A DNA stretch of 36,512 nt from Octopus bimaculoides (lineage: Eukaryota), in NCBI RefSeq assembly GCF_001194135.2, contig NC_068991.1, forward strand, positions 31,464,139-31,500,650. The letters run 5' to 3'. Position numbers and translations under genes: made by a program. Under the pieces are notes generated by a model. The model was not told the origin of the DNA. It did not search any database and was given only the letters and a program-made list of their open reading frames with translations. Below are positions 1-10,922 of the stretch, piece after piece (position 1 is the stretch's first letter; each line of letters opens with the position of its first letter).

Positions 1-100
1 TATATGTGTGTGTGTATACATATATAAGCATATATATGTACATGTATGTATGTATGTATGTATGTATGCTGTATTATGTGTGTGTGTATATGTGCATTCA
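1..100. repeat. Compound (TA)n/(TG)n/(TATG)n microsatellite
   Basis: Read directly. Similar tracts recur throughout (e.g. 640-705, 2040-2106, 6449-6550, 10860-10990, 12549-12615, 16527-16586, 33447-33520). Confidence 0.95.
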
Positions 101-650
101 CTCACATACAGACACAAACAACACGGAGAGAAATGCAGAGGGAGCACAGGTTGACGTAGGAGTCAATGAGGTGACAAGAATGAAGGTCAGAGAAGGTCAA
201 AGGTAACTGTGTACTTGCGAAAAGTTTTCATCTCTCATTACCCTAACAAACAACATTTCACCCACACATCATTGTTTTCCCGTCCACTAACGGTTTGTCT
301 TATTTAATATTCTCCAATTAACATTAATACATATATATTTACGAACATACATACGGGCATGTGAGTCTGCTAGTGTATGTACACACACACACACACATAT
401 ATATACGTGTATCCTCCTGTTTCGCCTAAAGGTCGGTGAAGAGGTCACGGATGTGTGACGAAAGATTTCAAGCCAGTGGATATAAGATAAAATATGAACA
501 ATAATAATCGAGTGAAGAATGAATATATAGTGCGTGTGCTTATTTAGAATAATAAAAATTACCATCCCGAAATTTAACAATAGCTGTTTCAACACACGGT
601 TTCACATCAGGAATCTTCCAAAACAAATTCATAAACGTATGTGTGTGTAA

Positions 651-698
<48 letters not shown>

Positions 699-1116
699 GC
701 ATATGTGGGTACAGGACGTCAAAAAACTTGAACAACGAAAGAAACAAATAAACGAGACAAGCAACATAAAGNNNNNNNNNNNNNNNNNNNNNNNNNNNNN
801 NNNNNNNNNNNNNNNNNNNNNNNNNNNNNNNNNNNNNNNNNNNNNNNNNNNNNNNNNNNNNNNNNNNNNNNNNNNNNNNNNNNNNNNNNNNNNNNNNNNN
901 NNNNNNNNNNNNNNNNNNNNNNNNNNNNNNNNNNNNNNNNNNNNNNNNNNNNNNNNNNNNNNNNNNNNNNNNNNNNNNNNNNNNNNNNNNNNNNNNNNNN
1001 NNNNNNNNNNNNNNNNNNNNNNNNNNNNNNNNNNNNNNNNNNNNNNNNNNNNNNNNNNNNNNNNNNNNNNNNNNNNNNNNNNNNNNNNNNNNNNNNNNNN
1101 NNNNNNNNNNNNNNNN

Positions 1117-1158
<42 letters not shown>

Positions 1159-1169
1159 ATTTACACATT

Positions 1170-1990
1170 AGAGTGCAAAGCTGGGATTCCGTCCATTCCT
1201 CCAGTTTTCCGCTTTTCAGTTACCTTGGTTGTCTTGTTGGGGTAGGAGTGGGGTCGGAGTGGTATTTCGTCCACCTGTGACTTCAAAAGCTGCCGTGTCT
1301 TGGACTGAGTGATCGTCTTTGAAGTGTGTTTGAAAACTCTTAGACCATTTTCGGCTGATTATTGTTCCACACTTCTTTGCGCAATAATCATCTGAAGAAT
1401 GGGACCAAGGTCATTTTCATCACGATCTTGTTCGTGAGTAATCTTATAGCACCAAATAAAACTCCTTGAACGATGCCAGAACTGCTGACTTCACCTCAAC
1501 CTCAGCATCCACTGGAGAGATTCTGTTGCTAACGTCGAGTTCTTGAAGAAGGTGAAGATCACTAGCACTGAACCAAATCTGATGAAGACAGCTAAGTCGG
1601 GCAGGACAAGTAATCAAGATGAAAGATCATCGACTTCACATAACAAAGCTTTAAGGCGAACATTCCTTTGCAAACCAACAAAAGGTAAGCAAGGCAGTGA
1701 AAATGTCCCTTTCTGAATCACGAGCTAAAGAAAATTACTCCTGTGGTTATTCGTTGTATATCTCGTTTAAATTCTTTGGATATCATGGAGCGCGATGAGA
1801 AACATGCCGATCACAGCCTTTGAAAGTGAGAATTTTCTCAATATACAGGTCGTTGTTGGGGGTAAAGATGGCGTTGATTTATATTTTTTACCGTCATGGG
1901 TTCAAAATTTTTGAAACTTGATGTGTTGCCGCGTTCTTGGGAAATATTGCCGCCTTAGCGATAAAAGTTTCTTTTCTTTTTTCCGTTGTG
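1170..1990 (-). mobile_element. Decayed RTE-like LINE fragment (APE-RT linker and RT start)
   Basis: Hand translation of the minus strand across frameshifts gives IISRKWSKSFQTHF, VDEIPLRP and LKSGK/TGGMDGIPA. These parallel the RTE linker motifs ILxRWxEHFxxLFN, IPQRP and LKxGKAAGxDGIPAE. Confidence 0.5.
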
Positions 1991-2033
1991 ACTCCTTAGT
2001 TTGAACAGGTGATTGTATCAGATGAGTATATCC

Positions 2034-2108
<75 letters not shown>

Positions 2109-2694
2109 AAGTTCCCTTTATAGCAGGGTAAGATATACCCTTTGTACATTAACTTCCCACAAAAGATCATCATGCAAATGTCATGTTGTAATAGGGAACC
2201 GTTCTGTCTCAGATATTACTACCTTGGGATAAAATGAATATCTTATTTATTTTTACGTACAGTATTTTAACTGAGATGGGAACATGCCTCACTGTAGATA
2301 AATACACTATTTTCATTAAGCGTTCCTCGGGGTTACAATATGCTTGCTTTGAGCTAAAATTGTGTCCACCTAGTTGACTGTGATAAATTAGAAGGTGACA
2401 GTTATGTATAATTACAAATCCTTATTCACACATACATATTCTCTCTCTCCCTTTCTCCCTCTCCGTCCCTCTCTCTTTCCCTCTTTCTCTCTCCCTCCGC
2501 CTCTCTCCTTCTCTCTCTCTCACATATATATGTATGTATGTATGTATGCATGTATGCATGGATGAATGAATGGATGGGTGGATGTACGTATGTATGTTTA
2601 TCTGCTCGTATGCATGGTATATATTATTTATATTATATTTTGATTGAACGCCACGCATCCATTTCCAAGTATATATATATATATATATATATAT

Positions 2695-2899
2695 ATTTAC
2701 ATTATTTACATTATTTACATTTGACGGATATTCGTCCTCATCTTGTTTGTTGTTAACACAACGTTTCGGCTGATATACCCTCCAGCCTTCGTCAGGTGTC
2801 TTGGGAAATTTCGAACCTGGGTTCTCATTCCTATCGATGTTACTATTATTATTATTATATTATTATTATTATTACTATTATTAATCAGGTCGCTGCCGT
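2695..2899 (-). mobile_element. Non-coding retroelement 3' part: (AAT)n linker, hammerhead, (TGTAAATAA)n tail; 5' part lost in gap
   Basis: Minus strand reads ggcagcgacctga-(AAT)-rich-gagaacccaggttcgaaatttcccaa-hammerhead-aacaacaaacaagatgaggacgaatatccgtcaaatgtaaataatgtaaataatgtaaat. No ORF outside the N gap. Confidence 0.7.
2755..2800 (-). ncRNA. Minimal type I hammerhead ribozyme, intact core
   Basis: GACAC CUGACGA A GGCUG-GAGGGUAUAU-CAGCC GAAAC GUU GUGUU. Stem I GACAC/GUGUU, core CUGANGA...GAAA, stem II GGCUG/CAGCC, loopless palindromic stem III ACGU, GUU cleavage triplet. Confidence 0.8.
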
Positions 2900-3581
2900 N
2901 NNNNNNNNNNNNNNNNNNNNNNNNNNNNNNNNNNNNNNNNNNNNNNNNNNNNNNNNNNNNNNNNNNNNNNNNNNNNNNNNNNNNNNNNNNNNNNNNNNNN
3001 NNNNNNNNNNNNNNNNNNNNNNNNNNNNNNNNNNNNNNNNNNNNNNNNNNNNNNNNNNNNNNNNNNNNNNNNNNNNNNNNNNNNNNNNNNNNNNNNNNNN
3101 NNNNNNNNNNNNNNNNNNNNNNNNNNNNNNNNNNNNNNNNNNNNNNNNNNNNNNNNNNNNNNNNNNNNNNNNNNNNNNNNNNNNNNNNNNNNNNNNNNNN
3201 NNNNNNNNNNNNNNNNNNNNNNNNNNNNNNNNNNNNNNNNNNNNNNNNNNNNNNNNNNNNNNNNNNNNNNNNNNNNNNNNNNNNNNNNNNNNNNNNNNNN
3301 NNNNNNNNNNNNNNNNNNNNNNNNNNNNNNNNNNNNNNNNNNNNNNNNNNNNNNNNNNNNNNNNNNNNNNNNNNNNNNNNNNNNNNNNNNNNNNNNNNNN
3401 NNNNNNNNNNNNNNNNNNNNNNNNNNNNNNNNNNNNNNNNNNNNNNNNNNNNNNNNNNNNNNNNNNNNNNNNNNNNNNNNNNNNNNNNNNNNNNNNNNNN
3501 NNNNNNNNNNNNNNNNNNNNNNNNNNNNNNNNNNNNNNNNNNNNNNNNNNNNNNNNNNNNNNNNNNNNNNNNNNNNNNNNN

Positions 3582-3870
3582 GTGAAGGTTGGCTTGCGAT
3601 ATACGGATGTCCTGAATCCATACTCGGTGCGTGTTATTAATACGTCCAGGAATGCCAGCTGATTGTTCTGTTCTTTTTCCATGGTGAACTGTATGGATGG
3701 ATTTATTGAGTTCACATGATCTAACAGCATTTGGACATCTTGCTGGTGGGGCCAGAGAATAAAGGTGTCATCAACGTATCGCAGCCATAGGGTTGGTTTT
3801 AGTGGTGTTGATCCTAAAGCCAAATTCTCGAAGTATTCCATGTATATATTGGCTATTATCGGTGATAATG
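3582..3870 (-). mobile_element. PLE reverse transcriptase fragment B (Penelope/Poseidon-like), 5' truncated, runs into gap
   Basis: SPLSPIIANIYME...WLRYVDDTFILW...IQFTMEKEQNNQLAFLDVLI...VYRKPT in ORF 2885..3901. Confidence 0.9.
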
Positions 3871-3904
3871 GCGAACAAAAGATATGCGGCCCATATGACA
3901 TCAG

Positions 3905-4997
3905 GTAAAATGATGGCCTTGTTCTAATGTGTATTTCGAACCTTCTAAGATGACACAGATCCCGCAGTTGGGCCTTTCACACTTTTTAATTGTTGATTTT
4001 GTGGTTGTTATTGGGTGCAGTTTAGCCTGGGTTAAAATCTTCTTTAAGAATTTTGGCTGCTGTTTACTTTTTATGATGGTGTACGTTTGGAGGATTCGGT
4101 TCATCTTTGGGTCTCTCTTGAGTAGGGCTGTGCTTTGGAGTATGGTGTTGAAGGCCTCATTGTTAAGTGGGTTGTGTGTAGAGATGTAGGGTAGGGTTTT
4201 TATATTTCTTCCTTTTTTTGGTTTTGGTTGTCTCAGGTCTTCTATATTTAATTTAAGTGTTCGTTGGATTGTTTTGCCTATTAGGGGTTGTGGATAATTC
4301 CTATTTATGAATGTAGTTCTGAGTTCCTGGAGACATGTGTGTCGTGCACTTGTGTCTGATATTATGGTGCAAATCCTTTTGGCTAAACAGAAAGGGATAT
4401 TCATTCTTGTGTGTCTTGGGTGGCATGAGTCAAATGGTAGTTACTGCTTAGAGTCTGTCGGTTTATAATAGATATCCGTCTCTATTTTGTTGCCGACTTT
4501 CTTAATGATTAAATGTAGAAATGGTAGTTTTTCCTGGTTATGTTCTATCGTGAAGTGGATGTCTTCATTAATTCCATTCAGTAGTATTTTAAATTCCTCA
4601 AGTTTTTCTATACTTTCATCCCAGAGGATGAAGCAGTTGTCGAGATATCTTTTCCAGTTGTTCTGGATATAGGTGGAGAAAGAGTTTCCATATTTCTCGA
4701 GTGTTTTCTGGTAAAGTATTATTTCGAGGTAGCCCATTACTAGGTTGGCAAAAGAAGGCACAGTACGTGTACCCATGGCTGTTCCCGATCTTTGTCTGTA
4801 GTAGTCATCTTTAAATATAAAGTAATTGCTTTCTAAGATAAATCTCAGTCCTATTATGAATTTTTTATTTATGCGAGTTGGAAGTTCAAAGGAGTAGTTG
4901 TTTAGCCAGAAAGTGCTCGCTTCTATTCCTAGGGTGTGGGGGATAGTTGAATAAAGGTTAACTACGTCGAAGGATACTAGCAGGGCTTTCTCTCAGA
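3905..4997 (-). mobile_element. PLE fragment A (RT, thumb and Cys linker; same family as element C)
   Basis: LLVSFDVVNLYSTIPH, GTAMGTRTVPSFANL, WKRYLDNCFILW (YxDD to YLDN), YYKPTDSKQ*, HPRHTRMNIPFCLAKRIC, KKCERPNCGIC. Has a premature stop and breaks off before the GIY-YIG domain. Confidence 0.9.
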
Positions 4998-5017
4998 AAA
5001 TTAAGATTTATCTTATT

Positions 5018-5052
5018 TAGTGACGTTTCAAACTACGCTCTTCCACAGAAAG
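5018..5052 (-). ncRNA. Decayed hammerhead motif at the 3' end of PLE D
   Basis: UUUCUGUGGAAGAGCGUAGUUUGAAACGUCAC. Core CUG(U)GGA has A6 mutated, stem II is eroded, GAAAC-GUC is retained. Confidence 0.5.
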
Positions 5053-6445
5053 TAAGACAGAAAGAAACAAGGAGAGAAAATAATGTGTAGTGGCTAGCGA
5101 TCTATCATGGCGAATGCCGGACAGAGGGGCCACAGAGGAGAGCTAGGAAGAAGGGGAGATAATAAAGTAGTGGTGATCCCAAAACGAAAGTGTGCGTGCG
5201 TGTGTATAATAGAGTATGTATGTGCGTGTGGAAGAGGGCTGGTAACCTAGAGGTGCGCGTGTGTGTATGTGGGGTTGGGAAGTGGTCAGTGCTAGTGTGT
5301 GCGTGGTGGTGTGATGTGATGTGATGTGGTGTTGTGTGGTATGGTGGTGCATGGTGTAGTGGTGGTGTGGTGTGCAGTGATGATGTTAGGAGGTGAGGAG
5401 GCGACAGTGGGGAAAGCAAGGGTGAGATGTGGGTTAGGCTGAGGGTGGGTTAGAGGTGGGATATGTGAGAGTGAGTGTAAGGGATCAGGTGGGGGATGGG
5501 ATGGATAGGAAAGGTGGGGTGGATTGTGTAGGGGTGGAGTGGGATCAGAAAGGAGGGGTGACGATGAAGGGGGAAGGGAGAAAGTGGGTAGGAGTGAAGA
5601 GAAGAGAAAAGGAGAGTAGGAGTGAAGAGAAGAAGAAGGAGTCGGAGCAAGAGAGGAGACGTGGGTGAGAGGAAGTAGGTGTGAGTGGTAGAGAGGAGAA
5701 GGGAGGAGGTAAGATGAAGAGGGAAGGAGAATTGAACCCATGTGACGCAAAGGAGCGAAGAGAGAAGATTAATTCCTGTTCACGGCGCAAAGTGGAGTCC
5801 AGATGGACCCTATACAAGGACAATCCGAACACGGACAGGTGTTGCAAAGAATGACCGATAGAGCGGAAATGGCGCGAGACCGGGTTGTCATTGCCAAGAC
5901 GGATGTCTCGGAGGTGTTCCGCGAACCGGTCAGCCAAGGGGCGTCCCGTTTTCCCGATGTATAGAGAAGGGCAGAGAGAGCAGGTGATGCAGTAGATGAA
6001 ACTGGTNNNNNNNNNNNNNNNNNNNNNNNNNNNNNNNNNNNNNNNNNNNNNNNNNNNNNNNNNNNNNNNNNNNNNNNNNNNNNNNNNNNNNNNNNNNNNN
6101 NNNNNNNNNNNNNNNNNNNNNNNNNNNNNNNNNNNNNNNNNNNNNNNNNNNNNGGAGAGGTAGGGTGGTAGGGTGGTAGGTGAGGGGAAACGGGAGACGG
6201 GAGACGGCGGGCGGGCGCGGGGGAAAATAGCAGATGCACGATCCATGAGGGGATATCCACGTCGGATAAAGTGGAGCGCCATGAATTGAGACTGAGACTC
6301 AAAGTCATGGTCGTCACTACAGAGCCTGCGTAGACGGAGGAATTGGGAATAGGGGATGGAAAGCTTGGTGTGTTTAGGGTGGGAGGAGAAGTTGAGGTAT
6401 GAGTGTGTGTCTGTGTTTGTAGTGGATGGAGTTGGTGAGAGTGGA

Positions 6446-6450
<5 letters not shown>
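5018..6450 (-). mobile_element. PLE D (Neptune-like): thumb, GIY-YIG endonuclease and pyrimidine-rich 3' UTR
   Basis: TDTHSYLNFSSHPKHTKLSIPYSQFLRLRRLCS, then FIYCITCSLCPSLYIGKTGRPLADRFAEHLRDIR...VSRHF...REQELIFSL. A ~700 bp CT-rich UTR ends in a hammerhead relic. The 5' end abuts (TA)n. Confidence 0.9.
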
Positions 6451-6489
<39 letters not shown>

Positions 6490-6508
6490 TATGTATATAT
6501 AGACACAC

Positions 6509-6541
<33 letters not shown>

Positions 6542-6639
6542 CATATATATAGCATATCTAAGCATATCTTCCTCTGTTGCTGCTCCACCCCCATTCCTCG
6601 AAATCCTTCTTTGCCTGTTCTTGACGTCATCTATAACTA

Positions 6640-7190
6640 GTTCCCATCCCTTATTGTTTCAAACTCTTTCGCTCTTTATTCACTTTGCATCTCACTCACT
6701 ATATCAACAGCTATTCTATTCTGCTAAACATTCCACATTCCCCACTTTGTTCATTGCTTCTTCCTGTAGTTTCTAGCCTTAGCCATTCCTGATTGATTAA
6801 AGACCTCTTTAACTATATGCCCCACCAACGGCGCATTCTTTTACAAAATTTATCTCGCCCCCCCCCCTTCCACTGTCCGACTCAACATTTTTATTTCTTC
6901 TCAACACCCCTCCCTCTCCCGGCCTAGTATTTTTTATTCCCTCTAGCTCTACTTCCACTTCTCCACTCCTTCATTAGCAGCCTGCATTCTCCCTCTTCGT
7001 ACCTTTTATTCCTGTCTCATTCAACCTTCAAATTTCTCGCATCACGATGTCGACTACAATCTACAAAGTTTCCCTCCTGAAGAAGGAAGCTGGAATTACA
7101 GTAATGTTTCTATGCATACATTTACTGTTGCATATGCATTATTTATGCACATTTTATTTGCTAATTATGAACTTTACAACTATTACGTAA
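6640..7190 (+). mobile_element. Probable PLE 3' UTR fragment, CT-rich, with hammerhead 5' half
   Basis: Pyrimidine-rich tract resembling the UTR of D in composition, followed by CUGAAGAAGG at about 7078. No matching GAAAC half is visible. Confidence 0.35.
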
Positions 7191-7708
7191 TTCCGAGCTC
7201 CCGGAGACAGATAAGTTAAAGAGGACAATGACGGTTTTGGTTTGTGATATGTTGTCACCGCTGATATATGCAGTCAGGTTGCTAGAAGTAGGAGCAGTAG
7301 TACTGTGTTTTCATACCCCATGTAAAAGTAGATTTATTTCTCAACATTTATAAACATTTATATGTTTGTACATGTGCTTATATTCTGAATATATTTATGT
7401 ATGTATATTTTCATATATCAGGTCTAATCGTGATTATATGCATCACAAACTTTTTCTTCCTATCTATCTTCAAATATTTTGAATGGTCAATTTCAAAGAC
7501 TGCTGGATTGTATTCATAGGCTATTGGAGTCTTAATAATGGATTTACAAAGGCAACGACCAATTTTAAAAACAATTGGATCTTACTCACAAGGTATTGGA
7601 ATCTTATATGTATACCATTGTGCCTAAACATTGGATTTCCAAATACAATATCCCTACATTCACTCTCTATTTCATATCTTAACTAAACTAACTATTGCTT
7701 AATCATCC

Positions 7709-7755
7709 TCTCCGATGAAGGGATATAATAAATATCCTGGAAACAGCTGTAAGAC
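7709..7755 (+). ncRNA. Hammerhead motif with U4C change and palindromic stem III
   Basis: UCU CCGAUGA A GGGAUAU-AAUAA-AUAUCCU G GAAAC AGCU GUA AGA. 7-bp stem II, self-complementary ACAGCUGU, GUA triplet, 3-bp stem I. Confidence 0.6.
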
Positions 7756-8659
7756 ATTCTATTTATAAATGTTCTATATTATACACAGCCTTGGTCTTTT
7801 ATCTCATTACGAAAAGTAAATTCTTATATTCACACGCTGATATATGACCTGCGTTGGACCCCTTATTCGCATAACCACCGAACCTGTGGTCTATCCATAG
7901 CACTTACCCAGCATTACCTGAAACCTCTGGGTCTAATTGACACCACTATCGCTCATANNNNNNNNNNNNNNNNNNNNNNNNNNNNNNNNNNNNNNNNNNN
8001 NNNNNNNNNNNNNNNNNNNNNNNNNNNNNNNNNNNNNNNNNNNNNNNNNNNNNNNNNNNNNNNNNNNNNNNNNNNNNNNNNNNNNNNNNNNNNNNNNNNN
8101 NNNNNNNNNNNNNNNNNNNNNNNNNNNNNNNNNNNNNNNNNNNNNNNNNNNNNNNNNNNNNNNNNNNNNNNNNNNNNNNNNNNNNNNNNNNNNNNNNNNN
8201 NNNNNNNNNNNNNNNNNNNNNNNNNNNNNNNNNNNNNNNNNNNNNNNNNNNNNNNNNNNNNNNNNNNNNNNNNNNNNNNNNNNNNNNNNNNNNNNNNNNN
8301 NNNNNNNNNNNNNNNNNNNNNNNNNNNNNNNNNNNNNNNNNNNNNNNNNNNNNNNNNNNNNNNNNNNNNNNNNNNNNNNNNNNNNNNNNNNNNNNNNNNN
8401 NNNNNNNNNNNNNNNNNNNNNNNNNNNNNNNNNNNNNNNNNNNNNNNNNNNNNNNNNNNNNNNNNNNNNNNNNNNNNNNNNNNNNNNNNNNNNNNNNNNN
8501 NNNNNNNNNNNNNNNNNNNNNNNNNNNNNNNNNNNNNNNNNNNNNNNNNNNNNNNNNNNNNNNNNNNNNNNNNNNNNNNNNNNNNNNNNNNNNNNNNNNN
8601 NNNNNNNNNNNNNNNNNNNNNNNNNNNNNNNNNNNNNNNNNNNNNNNNNNNNNNNNNNN

Positions 8660-10856
8660 TATGGAGTTCCAGACAGGGGAAGAAGGTAATCAGAGATCTT
8701 TTCGGTATAAGGGAGATAATCATAAATGTTGGGAATGACTAGGTTTTATTAATTTAACATGATTTGGTTTAGAAGGAATAGAATGCTACAAGTGGTTAGG
8801 TTTTACTTTATATTTTTTTCAATGAGGTAAGTTTCCATATTTAAAAATGTTAGAATTGGTTAAGTTTTGGCTTATATTTTTCAATGAAGTAGGTTTCCTT
8901 ATTTAATCTAACTTGTGTTGGTGTTCCAATGGCACATTGATAGAATGGAAAGATTACAAATTGTGGTAGCATTGCTTTGCGCATTTCTCAGTATGTTCGC
9001 TAAAGGGTATCATTCCGTATTCTGGAAATGCAACCTGCTGTCGGTGCAGAGTGCATCCGCGTCTGAGCGATAATCCCGTGAATCCTATGTAGTTTTGATG
9101 GCAGCCCGAGCATCTCATAACATAAATCAGGTTTTCTCAATCACAATTAAAGTCAGATTTGATTTTGAATTTTTGTCCCTCTTTGAAAAGAAATTCTGAT
9201 CCTTTTAGAAGATTTGGGCATGTTGCGCAATTTGGTCGACCACATTTTTTCACTTTTGCGTCCATTATTTTAGAAAATAAGTTTGCCTTTGTGAGGATCT
9301 TTTTTATTGATTGCGGTTGTTTGTGGTTTTTAATGATCTTATGTGCGTGTAAAATTTCCTTTAATTTGGGGTCCTTATGTAGCATTGGTAGATTTAGGGT
9401 GATGATGGTGAAGGCTTCTTTGTTTCTGGGGTTGTATGTGGATATGTGAGGCAGTATTTTCGGGGAAGGTGTGTTGTTGTGTTGAACTTTTCTTAAGGTT
9501 TCTATTTGTGTTGCACGTCTGATTCCATCCTCTATGAGTTGAACTAGGTACTGTCTGTCAATTAGAGTGCTTTTGAGTTCTTGCAGTCTAAAGTCTCTGG
9601 TATTTTTCTCTGACACTATTGTGCATATCCTTCTTGCAAGGTTGAAGGGGATGTTTGTTTTCGTGTGTCTTGGGTGGCATGAATTAAATAGTAGATATTG
9701 TCTGGCGTCTGTGGTTTTGTAAAATATGTCTGTTTCTATTTTTAGGTTTATTTTTTAATTAGTATATCCAAGAATGGGAGCTTTTTTTGGTTGTACTCCA
9801 TTGTGAACTATATGTTTGGGTTGACACTGCCCAATAGTCTTTTGAATTTCAGGAGTTTGTCTGCGTATTCATTCCAGAGTATGAGACAGTCGTCTAGGAA
9901 TCTTTTCCAATTTTCTTTTATGTATTGGGAAAGGGGGTTTCCAAAGGTAGATAAAGATTCCTAGTATATTATTATTTCCAGATAGCCCATTGTTGGGTTC
10001 GCAATGACTGGGGATGCCCTAGTGCCCATGGCAATTCCGGATCTATCGATAAAATGTATTGTCAAACATGAAGTGGTTGTTTCGTAGGATGAATTCAACC
10101 GATTCAATTATGAATTCTTTGCTGATCCTTTCTGGTATTTCTTCCGGAAATTGATCAAGCCAGAACCGAATTGCTTCTAGTCCATAAATATGAGGTATAC
10201 TGGTATATAAATTAATTACATCAAATGAAACCATAATTGTTTCTTCCTTGACTTTTTTTGGAGGTGATTTAACATATCCAAGACATCTCTGATATGGCTA
10301 TTGATGTGTTTAAGGAAGGGTTCAGGAGGATGTCCATAAATAGACTTAGTCTGTGTGTTTCACAGGCTGGGCCAGCTATAATGGGTCGTCATTTTAGATC
10401 CTCTGGGTTTGGTGTATGTATATACGTCTTTGGTGACTTTTTAATGGTTTCATTTATAATCTGGCTTTTGTGGATTTTTGGTAGACCATAGAAAAGGTTA
10501 GGTTTGCATTTAAACTTTGTTAGGAAGTTAATTTCTTTGGTTGTCAGTTCTTTCTCATGGGTTTTAATTAGTGAGGACAGAGTTTTCATTATTTTTTGCG
10601 GGTGTAGTTTGTGATTCTTTGTTAATGTTGACTATCATTAAGCATGGAGATTACTAGATTTCTATAGTATAATGTGTCCAATTACTTTATCTGCTTCCTT
10701 AATCGTTAATATTGTCATTATTTTGAAGTTCTGTTAGTTCCTTCCATTGTGTGGTGCTAAAGTTTGAGTTAACTGTCAGTTTATGCATGGTGTGGTAGTG
10801 AAAGTTCTCAATGTGGTTGCAGAATTCATCGTCTTTTGTTTTCTGTAAATTTGAAC

Positions 10857-10860
<4 letters not shown>
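8660..10860 (-). mobile_element. PLE C, near-complete decayed ORF (RT, Cys linker, C-terminal GIY-YIG) plus 3' UTR
   Basis: FYGLPKIHK, RPIIAG, VSFDVINLYTSIPH, WKRFLDDCLILW, IPFNLARRICTIVS, KKCGRPNCATCP, LIYVMRCSGCHQNYIGFTG, KETYFIEKYKPKLN* (stop 8850-8852). Several stops and frameshifts. The 5' end abuts (TG)n. Confidence 0.92.

Positions 10861-10922
<62 letters not shown>

Noticed and set aside
1579-1605. CUGAUGA-AGAC-loop-GUC hammerhead-like start
   Set aside because: It is followed by GGGC instead of GAAA and lies antisense within the RTE-like remnant.
9137-10391. In-frame TGA codons in PLE C as possible selenocysteines
   Set aside because: Selenoprotein PLEs (Naiads) have an N-terminal EN. 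This copy has a C-terminal EN, also has TAG stops and frameshifts, and the TGAs do not fall at Cys-like positions.
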